Part shown: piece after piece, positions 12,601-37,120 of the stretch | How positions within the stretch are numbered: position 1 is the first letter of the stretch | How the letters are laid out: the number at the start of each line of letters is the position of its first letter | Source: Tubiluchus corallicola | Lineage: Eukaryota; Animalia; Priapulida | Direction: 5' to 3' | Assembly: GCA_030141605.1 (NCBI GenBank) | Contig: JAQGDQ010000173.1 | Span: 186,001 to 250,000 of the forward strand | Length of the DNA: 64,000 bases | Position numbers and translations under genes: made by a program | Notes under the pieces: generated by a model | Told to the model about the DNA's origin: nothing | The model's input: the letters and a program-made list of their open reading frames with translations, nothing else | Database searches by the model: none

Positions 12601-15600
12601 AGCTCAAAAAATTTTCTTTGTAAAAACAATGATAGTGATAACCTATCAGAAGCACACCCGTATGTCAATGCAGCACTGAAAGATACTAGTCAGTACAGTG
12701 ATCAACATTCTAATAAAAATCTGCATCCACAGAACCTTAACAGTTCATTGCAGTGCAATAAAAATACACCAGCTAGTCAGAGATTGAATGAAAATCAAGC
12801 AAATTGCCTGTCAACGGCATCTAATAGAGAACAGCGTGACACAGGTAATTACAAAAATAATTTAGAGAGCACTTCAAATGAACAACATTACAACTTAAAT
12901 AGTGATGTCAACAAATGTTCAACGGTAATGTTAAATTCTGCGCTTGAAAGCAGTTTTCAGTGTAATTCCGAAATTATGCAGGCCACCTATTCACAGCCTT
13001 TGAACTCTGACTTGATGGCCACAAAAACTGCTCTTCCAAAAAAGAACAGCATTTTCAAAAAGCCAGGTCCGGTGCGTGGAAGGCCGAGAGTGAAAACATT
13101 ACCAAAGTGCCTGCTGCCAACCTCATTGAAAAAATTACATAAGTCGTCACTTTCATTGCCAGCTAAACACAAACAATTTCATACTCCACTTGTTAAAAGC
13201 AGTCTCCAGCACAAAATGACAGGGGTACACTCCTCAAGAATGGCTCTGACACGAAAACTTCAAGCACGGCACAACTTGATGATGCAAAAGTATTCTTCTT
13301 ACTCTCAACAAACGAAGCCCTCATCCCCTTCATTAAATTTGCAGCAAGCTCCGCACTTCCAGAAGGATCATTCACTGCCTTCAATGCAGTCATTTGCAGC
13401 AGCACCTCATTTACGGCAAGATGGGTCAAACCAAGATAATGTTTTCCAGCAGCATAAAATGCAGCATGAAAGCTTGCTTTTGACATACGAAAGGTTTATT
13501 CAAGAACAGCAAAACGAAAACGGAAAACAAGTGCTTCCGTATGACAACTTTTTACCAGAACGTCATCAGTCTGATTTCTGTTCTTCAGCTAAATCTCACA
13601 TTACACAACCTAATCAAACCGTCACAAGACCAACTGATGCTCAGTCTGGTGCAGTTAGCCAAAGGCATCTGTCGGCCTCATTTTTTAATAAATCGGCAGC
13701 AAATTCTAGCCAAGCTCAAATGGCACAGAATTTGATTTCAAATGTAAACAGCGTTACAGATATGCAAAAAAATATTTCGGGTGGTTCTTCAGAAATGCCC
13801 TCACATCCAGTTCACGGTCGATCTGAGGCAAGATTAATGTCACCTTGGAATCAATTACGTTCGCCCCATCAGACTGACTTGCCTTCAAATCAACCTAATT
13901 ATAATGAGTCAAATATCAAAATGGCCTCTCATTTTTCTCCTCGGAATGTTCATCAGCTCGCTCAGCATCAGTCGGCATCTCCGAACATTGCCCCACAATC
14001 TCCTGCTTCACATTCTATCCAACAGGTGAGCCATCAACAAATTCCCGATCAGCTGACAATTTCACAAAACATTGTACCTCAGTCTCTCCTTCCTGCACAG
14101 CATTTTTCTCAGCATGCTGCTGGTCAGCAAACACCTTCCCCAAATATTGTCCCACACTCTCCCTCTCTTTCTATGCAACGTTTTTCCCACCCAGCAGCTT
14201 CCCTAAATGTTGTTCCAGGGTCTCTCTCCCCATCTATGCAACATTTTTCTGGGAATGTTAATGAACTGTCTAGCCATCAAGCAGCTTCTCCAAATACTGT
14301 ACCACAGTCTACTGTACAAGTTTTTGCTCAGAAGCATCCCCAGTTCTCTGCCCAACAAGCAGTTTCTCCAAGTGTTATCCCACACTCTCCTGTAAATTTC
14401 GTCCCTCAGTCTTCTCCTGTTCCACAGTATCCTGGTCAGCAGACCATTTGCCGAAGTGCTGCCCATCAGTCTCCTGTTGCTCAACATTCTACTTATAATA
14501 TTCACAACTTATCTGATCAGCAAACAGCTTCTCCGAATGTTCCTTTCTCTTCTTCTGTGCACTTTTTTCCTGGGCCAAGTCAGCAACCCCGTGATCACCA
14601 AGCAGTATCCCGAAATGATCCACAGTCTCTTTCATCCTTTCCAAATTCTTCCACTGAGGAAGCTAGGCCTAAACTGTTTCATGGTCAGAGGCGTGTCTCA
14701 CAGGGACATCAGTTTGCTAATTCGGAATTGTTACATTTCAGTAACAGTGGTGGTTATCAAAATATAGATTTTACATCTAAACATCCCGAAGACAATGGAA
14801 GCAGGACACCACTGTCAGCTGATGAACAGGCCTCCATGAAAAGAAAACAAGAAAGGCATCTTAATTCTCCTTTTGGCAGTACTTCCTCGGAATTAGTCGG
14901 AGTTTCGCACCGACAATCATATTTGTCCAGGGAGCCATCTTTCAATCCTTCATTTTTTCCAAATTACTCTACAGTTCAAGGTTATCAGGCAAGTAATTAC
15001 AGTGAAATGCCCCTAGCACCTTTATTTACTAGTCAAGTACCCTCTGTTTCTAAACCTTATTTCTATGCTGATATACAAAACAAGGTTTTCCTACCGAAAT
15101 CAAAATCCATTCAAGGTGATTCTCCTTATTCTGCTCCAGAGGACCCATCTGGTTACTCTAATACTATCTCGAAAGCAGGATTGATATCAAATGATGAAAT
15201 TGTGGTACCGCAGGCATTGGCATTCAACAAACATTCTCACTTTAATACACCACCATCTGTTCACTATGATTATTTTCAAAATCAAAAATTTCCATCACCT
15301 CACATGATTCCACTACATTCACCACTGCATACGAATTATCACAGTGCAGCGAATTACCTTCCTTCTGGTAATCCACCATTCAGGCATCTGCCTACTCCAA
15401 TTCCTCACAGCATATCAAATTCTTACAGAACCCCGTATTTTTCACAGCCATTAAACTCATTATCTAATAGTACCTCATCTTCTGTGCTTCAGTCCAAAGA
15501 AATTTCGGAACAAGTTAGAATATCTGAGCAAGACATGGAAAATATACATATCGAACATGGTTTGCCGCAGCAGTTTGGTGCGAGCCAGGAAAGCGACGTT

Positions 15601-16131
15601 ATTCCTGAAGGGGCTGCAAGTTGTGTAACAGAGGGCCGTTCTGACGAGCATGAGTTACCGCGGATAAAAGAATCTCTTTCTGAAAACGTGGATAGGTTTT
15701 TGGACCCAACAGTTGGTGGTGTTGCAGTTGCTTTGTGCCATGGTGCAGTGTTATTTGAATGTGCAAAACGAGAGCTACACGCCACCACGGCAATTAAAAA
15801 CCCAAACAGATTAGCTCCAACGCGAATTTCTCTTGTCTTTTACCAGCACAAAAACCTTAACAGTCGGTACCATGGACTTGCTGAATATGAGAAAAAAGCA
15901 GAAGAAAGACGCCAAGAAAAACTTGCAAAGGGTGAAGAACTGTCGAGAAAAGGACGCAAAAGAAAATTAAGTGCTCATTCGGACGAACCTCTACCTGCCT
16001 GCAAAAACATCCTGCCTTGCTCAGACGGCATTATGACAAAACGTTTCCAGACGCAAACTACGGATACACTTGCTACAATTTTTTCGTATGCATTTACTAA
16101 GGTTACTGGTCCGTATTCTAGATTTATATAG
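689..16131 (+). CDS. TET: TET methylcytosine dioxygenase, 5'-partial; 8 exons from 689, about 2715 aa
   Basis: Exons 689-3755, 5285-5375, 7196-7289, 8217-8425, 9779-9923, 10252-10341, 11547-11684 and 11818-16131 have GT-AG boundaries and consistent phases. They encode the TET Cys-rich and DSBH motifs [79 protein letters not shown] (HxD iron ligands), [13 protein letters not shown] (distal His), [10 protein letters not shown] (2OG-binding Arg) and the C-terminal [14 protein letters not shown]. An in-phase alternative donor exists at 3749. Confidence 0.96.
5404..5952. repeat. 22-bp minisatellite (CTAGATTTAGRATGGAGTGTAC)n, about 25 copies
   Basis: Visible tandem array in a TET intron. Confidence 0.95.
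5988..6670 (-). mobile_element. LINE 3'-UTR fragment with (ATTG)n tail and an internal ~118-bp tandem amplification
   Basis: It is the reverse complement of 51350-51620. It ends on the minus strand in AATAAA-TTGATTGA. The ~118-bp unit is repeated about 4 times at ~6165-6660. Confidence 0.7.
7709..8069. mobile_element. pogo/Tigger-like MITE
   Basis: TIRs CAGTAGTTGTCGCTTAATAGACTCAC / GTGAGTCTATTAAGCTTCGACTACTG, flanked by TA. Confidence 0.85.
9079..9496. mobile_element. hAT-like MITE, family A, copy 2 (opposite orientation to copy 1)
   Basis: Same TIRs and internal sequence as 123-597. No intact TSD. Confidence 0.85.
10492..10822. mobile_element. pogo/Tigger-like MITE, family D, copy 1
   Basis: TIRs CAGTCAACCCTCGTTAAACCGGAC / GTCCGGTTTAACGAGGGTCGACTG, with TA TSD. 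Confidence 0.9.
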
Positions 16132-19100
16132 ATCACTTTACAACTATGTGTGCTCACAGATAATTCTTTCTGTTCCACTACCAAAAAGCACTGCCATGTA
16201 TATACATCAGACAGATTTTAGATATAATAGATATATGTATATTATAATTATATTATATATAACAGATTGTTAATAATTTTTCTGTATACATGTACATTAT
16301 ACACTATTTTGCATTTAGTCTTGCATTCAGTAATGCAGATACCAACTACCATGTTGCAATTTTTATATAGACTCTACCTGTTTGATAGAGCTACTATATT
16401 AAGTTTATATATTAGCTAGCTCTGCATTTTCCCAAGGTGAATAATTCAAGGTTTCCATTTTCCAAATCATGGAAATTCAACATTACTGACACATTTTCAA
16501 ACATTAATGTGTTTAAATGAGAAGCTTAAAATTTAACTAAAATCGATATTTTTAATGTGTAAAAGTAAATTGCTATATAATGGAAATGCCATATGTTTCT
16601 TCTGCTTTCTTGTAAAATGGCAGAATGTGTAAAGCCTGTAATTGATCCACCGCTAGTTTGCAATTTACTTGCCTGTTTGTTTGATTTTAAATTATTATGT
16701 TGTAGTGTGTTATGTAAATAAGTACCATAAAATTTACGAAACTTAATTTGTGGAGTGCGAATTTGCAATTTTGCGAGTAGTGGTTTAATTTTATGTGTTA
16801 GTGAAAATCATTTATCGTGACTATATTACCAAGTTTGTTAATATATGAATACTGATAATCGTGTTTGTGCAAAGTATGAGACTGCTATAATTTATTGTTC
16901 CTTTTTTATTTTATGATTGTGTCTTAGTTATTTTAGTTCTGTTGTAGTTTTTAACACTACCAAATAACTGAAACATGTATAAACCCTATTATAGCGCGTT
17001 CAAACAAATGCGATTATCATAACTCGAAATTTATTACTCATGTGATGTTGACGATGATAGTTCCAACTGTACAGATGTCATGTACAACTATGACTTCCCT
17101 TACGAAATGTTCAACATAACTTTTGTCACACATGAAAATATCAATGCCATGGTTGCATGTGTTTGAATATACCTTTATATGCCAACTAATTTTGCATTTA
17201 ATGTAGATTTTAAGTATATGTTTTGCCATATTACTGTTATGAAGATGCAAACTATAGTATTTAGTAACTCTCTTTACACGAGCTACTCTGATCTGGTACC
17301 TGTATACCTCTATTGTTGGTTTTTTTTTGCTTACCACAAAAAGTCTTTTTCTTATCTTGTAACTAGAGTTCTATTTCTTCCATTGTTAGTTATTTATAGC
17401 AGGTTTGGGCTTTTAAATAATGTTTTTAATTTTTTATTAAGAATTACAACATTGCCTAGTTGCATTTAAACTTGGTGTTAATCATTAATGATTTTGCCTA
17501 CCACAAATTTTATATTTATTTTAACTTATTAAAGCTTATTTAGCTATATGATTTGTTTTTAACGCTCGTGAGCTTTGTGACACGTGTTTTACTGTTTATT
17601 CTGTCAAAAAATGTTCTAGTAAACTTATTAATGGCCGTGAAACGTTGTTCGCTGCGAATCTGCATCAACACTACTAGGGAGTAATTTAGAACATTATGTG
17701 GTCGATAGTAATTTGTAAATAGTGACAATTTTGTAGGTATAATAATGTAATTAGACAGATGCGATGTTGACGAATTGTTAGTTAAATGTCATAGTGGATT
17801 TGTTCATATTTCAACCATTTTTAACATGTTTATTCTTGTTTGAGCCATTTATGTAATTGGCTTGACCTGGTTTCAGAAAGCTTTGGCCAGGATACTTGGT
17901 GGATTCAGACTGGTCATAGTGGTTAGTTTGGTCCACATGGTCTCTCGGATAGATTCAATTATTTTTTTAGTTAAAGATTTATGTAAATGCTCTTTTTCTA
18001 GTGTACAAACATTCATATTTAGTTAGCATGATCAGTTTAGACTTCTTGAAACCTGAATTTTGTTGACTGTACTGAAGTATATATTGAAAGACCTAATTAA
18101 AGAATGTTTCAGAAATAGTTTCCTGCTGGCGTAAATAGGAGTAAATTGAATAAGTAACTTATTTTGAGATTTCGTGCTGCATGTTAGCGAGTATGTTGAG
18201 CTTAATCGATTTTGTTATATTTACAAGGCAACTCTTGAAATTGTACATAATAAACCTGTTAATTGTACTGTGTGATGCTGCTTGCTATATTGTTTTTATT
18301 GTTTTATTTGCAGCTTTTATTGTGCGTCTTGTGATTGACTGAATTTAATCAGTCATCAAAATAATATGTATCTTGTGATAAGCTGAAAATATAATTACGG
18401 TACTGAGTAGGATACGTGTGCCTACTACTGTGTTGACAATTGCATGTGCTTATTGTGTTATGATTATGTCGTAGTGTCACACTGTTAGTGGTGAACTAAC
18501 GTTTACTTTAAATTATGTTCTTGACACCAGACAGAAAAGTTATAATAAAACTTGTCTTTATTAACATGATCTTGTATACGGTAATAATGTTCATTTGTTA
18601 CATACTGTTCGTTACCGGATTCTTTGTAATAAGTCCAGTAACATTAGAATGGTCATTTTTTAAAAGTGGCATCATCCCTCTGTTTACACCATGGAAAATT
18701 TTGTGACAATTCTATTGTAATTGAATGCCACTTTTTCAAAATTTGATGCGAAAATCCGGTTTGCCAAACGACTGGGAATATTTCATAAAATTGCTCTTTT
18801 AAAATTTCGTCATAATCTTTTGTGAAACGAGAGACAAAACCAGGTTTTTTCCAAAATACGACAAAGTCGTTGCTATCTTGCAATTGTAACACCTTGTCAC
18901 AAGAACAACAACAGGATCATTAAAATTTTATTTTGCCTTATCTGGAATGGAATTATAGCAAACTCGTTTTGAACATCTGTGCAATATTTAATTGGAAAAG
19001 ATTGCTGTTCGTTAATCTTCCTGCATAAAGCTTATTCAAGTTAGTTTACATACTACTACTAGTAGTATAGAGTACTGACAACACAATCTATGGTACTATT

Positions 19101-19140
19101 GTTTAGGTGCATTTACGATGTTTGAGTAATACAGAAACTA

Positions 19141-19605
19141 CAGGGATGAGAATAACAAATTGCAAAAAACTCTGAAACAGGCCCTGGGTTCAAGGGGGCG
19201 AAGCAACAAATTGCAATTTTGTGACCATAGAGAACCTATATCAATCACCTTGTTTCATGCATAATTTAAAATACCCAACTATCAAGGGTACATGATACCT
19301 AATTGATCTCAAAAACGCTCAAGTAGTGGCCGCTCCTATGCAAAAGTATATAAAAACTGTCTGCAATTGACTCAAATAACTCCGCATAATTGATACTATA
19401 TTTTTATACATAGAGATATACACGTGGTTACACTGAGTACGTGATGTAAACAAAGTGACGACCTGCCACCTAGCGGTCAGCTTGTGAAATAATGTACTGT
19501 GTTCGTAAAAATTTTCTCAACGAATTTACGCGATTTACAAAAATGGCACTACTGATCTTCCAAAAACTCGGAATTCCCCGTATCTGCGGAAAATTCTCAT
19601 CCCTG
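19141..19605. mobile_element. Non-autonomous TIR element, family G, copy 1
   Basis: TIRs CAGGGATGAGAAT / ATTCTCATCCCTG. Flanks AAACTA and TAACTA match at 5 of 6 positions. Confidence 0.85.
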
Positions 19606-21066
19606 TAACTATGTTTGAGCATTGATTATCAGTGAACAAGTCACAATTCACTAGGCACCACACACTAAACGCACTTCTGTGAGTGAATTGTTTATCACAT
19701 CATTCTTATATTTAAAGGGCATCAATTCATAACTTTCGTGTCAATAGATGTCACGTCACTAAGCAGAACATACTGCTGCTAATGCTGGTTAGTGGTTACG
19801 TTGGCTTCATCAATTGAAATCAATATTAAACCAACAGAAGCTTGAGAATCTTTAACTTTGTGCATTTTCACAAAACACGCAAAACTATACAACTGAAAAT
19901 ACAACAAACTTCTGACGATTAACATAATTTATTTGATTGAAATGCAAAAATATACTATTCAAGATTCAGTAACATCATTAAATTAAACCAAAAATATAAT
20001 TATAATCATAAACTGCAACAGTTTAATTAGAATCAGATATGATGATTGTAAACATTGAAAAATATACCAAAAATTTGAAGTAAAAGACTTTATAAAAATG
20101 CCAAAAGAGGCTAATTAATGGATGATTTTCAATAATAAGAGCATCTCATAATCTTACTTCTATTTGACAGAAAGTGATTAGTACGCAGACATATTAAATT
20201 AGTGATAAGTGAAGTTTTGGCACAATACAAATGGAAGATGCTAATATTCTATAAAATACTATAGAAAACGATACAAAGTTAATGAACTGCACTATTGTGC
20301 AGAATACTAATGAGCTCTACTTGCTATTTCTTACTCATGAAACATAAGAGCGGATGATATGCCACTTAAGACTTGAATATAACCTTTTAGAATTTGTAAA
20401 TGTAAAACAAATCCTCGTGGTTTTAACCAAGTAGAAAACAAACCGTTTCTTGTCAGTCGGCAGAGGCACTATGTCAAATTACTTCATCTCAAGTGTATAG
20501 GTATGATCCCAGTCCCATACAGTATACCATCACAAAACCATAGGTTCAAATACAAGCTGGGTTCATATTTATTCATCGACGAATTGTTTCAATAACAAAT
20601 ACACGATTACAAACTTTCAGTTGAAATTGTATTAGCGCATTTATAGTAGGTTTTAGATTTCAGGGACAAATAATACTGGCATTATATTATTGCTTATAAA
20701 ATAGTAGTGTTTGCACCGGATTACAAAATAAATACGCATCACAGTCGTGTTGATTTTTGTAATATAATAACAGTTGGTTTATACAATCAGCCTTTCGTGA
20801 ACACAAATAGTTGACGCTGTTTTAGGCAGTGATAGTGCAGTGAGCAATTTTACTCTGACACACACAGGCGATTCCAAAAAAACTGTAATGAATCACATTG
20901 CCCAATGCAATATCTCAAATAGACTTAGTATTTTTATAGTGGGTAGTGTAAATTCAGAAGCATAATTACATCATAGCGACAGAAACATATTCATGTTTGT
21001 TGAAATCATAACATTTAGAATTTTATCACCAATGTCACATGCATAAAAAAAATCAATAGAAATAAA

Positions 21067-32277
<11,211 letters not shown>

Positions 32278-34366
32278 GGCATGTGAGTTTATCTTCTAAG
32301 TGCCATCTTGATCTGAAATTATTCTTTGCACTTAACACTCAGATGGTGAACAGCAGTCAGTGAAATATTGTGTATCCACAACAATCTAAAAAAATCTAAT
32401 TTTTCATTTCAGATAGAAAAATTCCAGCAACCGCTAAAATCCAATGGAAACTGATATTAACCTGAATCACTTATGCCCTACTTGTATTGTTTTCTAACAG
32501 TAACACAGTACCTGTGATAAAAAAATCATTTTTCCACAAGCAACTTTTTATAATACCATACTTTTAGGGGTACTATAACTTAACGATTTTTTATAGCTAT
32601 TTATTTATTTGATAAATTCTCTGAATTTCCTTACAAAGTACAATGGGCAACTTACAAAGTAAACTACACATAGTACACCTAAACGGTCAAAAAAGAAAAT
32701 GTCAGAAAGCTCTTAATCACGGAGAAAAATTAAACTCAATCTTGGAAAAGAAAAAACGTACTGGGTATTCCTGCTATAGGAATTTTAAACACACTTAAAA
32801 ACATTGAAAACAAAACTTTAACAGGAAATTTGTTAGTTGTCTATCTAATTTCCCTGACATAACTAACCAAATATTTAAGATAATTTTTGTCCAGTGATTC
32901 CGAGCCTCTCGTCACACTATCACAGTCTATACAAATATGTTCATGGGAAATGGGATAAAGTTCAAAATAAAGTATTTATAGACACGTTAGAGTATAGGAA
33001 AATAAAACAAAGTATATGGTGGCTGAATTTATGCAATTTGGCGCAGAAAACAAAATAGGGCAGTTAGCAATATTAACAAGACCAAAATAAAAATGAAACG
33101 GTTATATTACCGAGCATGAATAGCAGCACTGAAACATGGGCTAGTATGACAAGGCCATTGTTTTTGTCTCTTCGACAATAATAAAAATATGGTTATGTGA
33201 AAAAAGTAAGCTTAACTCACCTTTCTATGAACCAGTCATACTTTTGGCTCTTAAGATGCTAATGAATCAGTCAGCTGGCTGGGTTGTGAGGTAAGAAGCA
33301 TCAAAAACAGTGAGTATGATGAGCTTGAATATATTGGAAGTTTATGGTGGTGGTGATAATGAAAATAGTAACAATGATGTTGTTCTTCTGTTGCAGACAC
33401 AAGTCATTGTACAACATTTTAGTTCCATATCATTAGATTTACAAAACTATCGAACTATCCACTTGACTATTACTCAAAATGCTGAGTGATGTTTAGTTAT
33501 TTGAAATAAACAGTAAATTTTTCTCAAGTTTCCAGATGTGGTTCTGAAGGGGCATTAATGAATTTAAGAAAAGGGAGGTTATTCAGCATCACATTATGCA
33601 AAAGTGTATTTTCTGTAGTATTTTGTGCCAATGTAGAATACACAAATACTTTTATTATGTTGTTGTTGCAGGCATGTGTAAAGGTTTTGATATAAGTAGG
33701 AGTGAGCATTAAACATTAACGTTCGATTTAAATGTGTTTTTTAATCCTTATTCGATTTGAACAAATATCCAAAACTTTGGTATGAAGAATTGATGAAATA
33801 GGAAGAAAATGAAATCAATATTCTAGTTACAACTATTATCTTGCTTCTCATTAAAACAATGTTAACATAACTTTTGCAAAGAAAATAAGTAAAAGAAATA
33901 GATGTCAACATTACAACTAAACTGCATGAGTCACTGTGAACTTGTAGAACAAATCAACATCTTCCTTTTATACACATAACACAATCTACCTGTACTTACC
34001 TAAGTGATTATAGAATGGCATGATACAGACGAGTACAAATAACACAAATGTACTTAAAACGTAAATGTTACATTAGTTGCAAAGTCTTACGTTCCTATGT
34101 GCTTGCATCAAGGTAATTCATGCGATCTTTAAATGCAGACATAGAAATAAAACAAGAGTAATTAGATTTGTAGACAATTTTGTGAATATGAATGTAAATC
34201 TCTTATTCTAAATTAGTGACGGTTATACTTGTTAAAATAATAAAATGTCCTTGAAAATCCGGTCTGACAGTTTTTCATTACGTTTTGTTGTTTCCTCGGT
34301 GTGCACTTTATCTTACTAAGATAGGGACAAATGAATGTCACAGTGCAAGACACAAGTAATGTTATA

Positions 34367-35055
34367 GGGCGCCAAGTAATCCAGTAGCCGAAGTAGGACA
34401 CCTCCGGTAAAACGAATGTGCTTCATTTGTGAAAAGCAGTGTTGTACAAGGGCAGCCCAAGTAGGGCACTAGCGATTTATGTCGAGAATCAAGATCTATG
34501 ACATAATAAAACATAAAACCAAACTTGTTTTAGAAAAAAGTAAATTTATAATAATGATGGATAGTCCTTGACAACTTACAAATGTATTTTTTATAACAAT
34601 ATCATCATTATTATTAGATCCTTTAATAATTATCATCATAACATTAAACTAAGTATCTAATGCTTTAAAGAGAGAAGCTATGTGAGCACATAACTCGCTA
34701 ACCCGTTTACTTAGTATAATACAATTATTTGTCAAAGAGGGAGTGAAAAGGATCACCTGTCTGTGAAGCAAGACAAAATAGAAAATGATATACCATAAGC
34801 AAATGTTGGAATCGCCTAAAAAGTGTGCTCACTTCACTTCAAAGAAGATTAATATTAGCAAAATTATATTAGCTCAGAAAAAAATTCGTTTATTTTATCA
34901 GATGTGTAATAAATTATTCAACGTGTATTGACGTTTTTAGTTATTATTATTGTACGACGTGTCCTTTTTTGGCTAGCCCATATACGACGTGTCCTACTTG
35001 GGCTAGCCCATGTACGCCAATTGTCCTACTTTGGCTAGTTGGTTACTGGGTTCCC
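34367..35055. mobile_element. Old TIR element between the divergent PAK and LEM genes
   Basis: Imperfect ~34-bp TIRs GGGCGCCAAGTAATCCAGTAGCCGAAGTAGGACA / TGTCCTACTTTGGCTAGTTGGTTACTGGGTTCCC. Subterminal repeats ACGACGTGTCC..TGGCTAGCCCA lie at ~34954-35040. Confidence 0.6.
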
Positions 35056-36549
35056 ATCAAATCTAATCTAATCTAATCCATTATGCGGGTTGCGCGAGCT
35101 TGCGAGGCTTCAAGAATTACAGAAATCGTATGAACGTAAACTACTATAAATGAGTAATTTTATAGCACGTGGTACTAAGGCGGTTGATGAAAAGTGAAAA
35201 CTGAAGATTTTTTGGTAATTATTTTACGTAATAAAAGTTTCATAACGCTTACTACAGTTACAGTAGTATAAGTCTGTTAGGTCACCCACTGCAGTGCAAC
35301 TACTTCTTTTAGGGTAATAATAGTGCATGAGACATCTACGTGTGATGTAATAATATTGATACTGGTACTGAGTGTCTCTTTGTATTGACTACTGTACTAG
35401 TACTGAATGTAATAATAATAACTTCAAAATTCAGCTGAGTTAATATAGAATGTTGAATGAGTTTGGCATGTTGTAGCTGTAGTCTCTTATTCACACACTT
35501 TCTTCAACTGTTACATGATGTGCATGGTTTGTAATGCGTGTTAAGATAAGTAAAGTAAAGATTATGTTATGCTATGCTAGGAAGCCTTAACACGTTATTG
35601 TGTAGCAACAACCTACTTTCTCAAGATGAAGTCAATCCAAACCAGATGCAGAAGTTTAATGTAGAAAACCTGGAAACATACTAATGATTGGTTTAGAAAG
35701 TTTATTTCATTATGAAATTGCAAAGTTGTTGGGTCAGAAAACCCAGCTTTTTAAAAATAAAAGATGCCCGAATTTTAGTTCAAACTAGGATTTCAGAATC
35801 TTACCTAATGAAACAAAATGAAGTATATTTAAGATTTCTCTCTTGTGAATCAATAATTGTATAATATATAATATATATAATTAAAATTCTTTCACTGTCA
35901 GCCTTTTATTTTGCTTTAAATGTTCTTCTTAAAAATCCTTTTTACTTTCCAAGCAAAGCTAAAACAATTATTAAAAAGCTAAATTATGTAAAGAAGCTGC
36001 ATTTAATTCATAATTAGGTGTTGTGGTTTTCTGCCTTAACATGACTGCTTATTATATGTATCACTCTTAGGGTAAAAATAGTCATAACCATTAATTATCA
36101 TATTCAAGGGAAGAGGAAAACCAGACTAGTCTAAAAACTAAATATAATGCTGAAAAGTAAAAAACACATCTTTGATTTTACTACATGTATAGTGTTAGCT
36201 CCAAAAATCACCAGAACTCAGCAATCTCAAACTTACCAATACATTTAATGTACTCAGTTGAATTGTACCCAGGGTGATTTTTAACGGGTCTTAACGTACT
36301 TTTCTAAACGAGCTTAATCACAAAATTTGCACTAGTATGTGTACAAATGCTTCAAAAGCTTCCAGGAAATGTGTCAGTTTCCGGCCTCGCTGTCCCAGAG
36401 CCCACCAGGGGAGCTTACACCACTCCCCACGGCTGCCTAGCTTATTTTTCCATGTGACAGCCAAACATATCAGTCCACCTTTGGGGGACCCTCTGGGTGG
36501 ACTAGACCCCTGGTTGATTGTGCTTCTTCTGCTTTCCTTAGGTAGCACC

Positions 36550-36844
36550 TAGGCCTGTAATGATACATCGATGCATTAATGCATCATTATATCTTCTCAA
36601 AAGATACCAGTAATGCGATTATCTGAATTATCGATATTTAGCACAAACTTGACTCCTTGGTCACAATCAATGCAGTGAGTACAGCATTAGCAGAGGACCA
36701 GACTTGACCTTGACACGGGTACCTGCTGCTAACAGCCAGCCAAAGCGAAACAGTTGAAAACACAATGTGTTTGTAAAAATGTATGTAGTAGCAAACTACA
36801 ATTTTGTTTGTAAGTTTTTGAAATGGTTTGAAATAGTTTTTGAA

Positions 36845-36883
<39 letters not shown>

Positions 36884-37024
36884 GAGCAACAACTTAATCT
36901 GTTTTTTTTACCTAGTTAAAGCGTACAAACTTTAACTCAGTGTGTATCGTGATACATACCGTATGGTGAGGTTAATATCGTGATACGTATCGTATCATGA
37001 CTTAGGTGTATCGTTACAGCCTTA
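36550..37024. mobile_element. hAT-like MITE
   Basis: TIRs TAGGCCTGTAATGATAC / GTATCGTTACAGCCTTA, 8-bp TSD GTAGCACC, and GATAC/GTATC subterminal motifs. Confidence 0.88.
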
Positions 37025-37120
37025 GTAGCACCCCTTTAGCTGATGCCTAATAATTATCAATTTTTGTGTAATGTTACAGTGTAAAATCTGATGATATCGT
37101 AGATGTTCTGATAAACCAGT

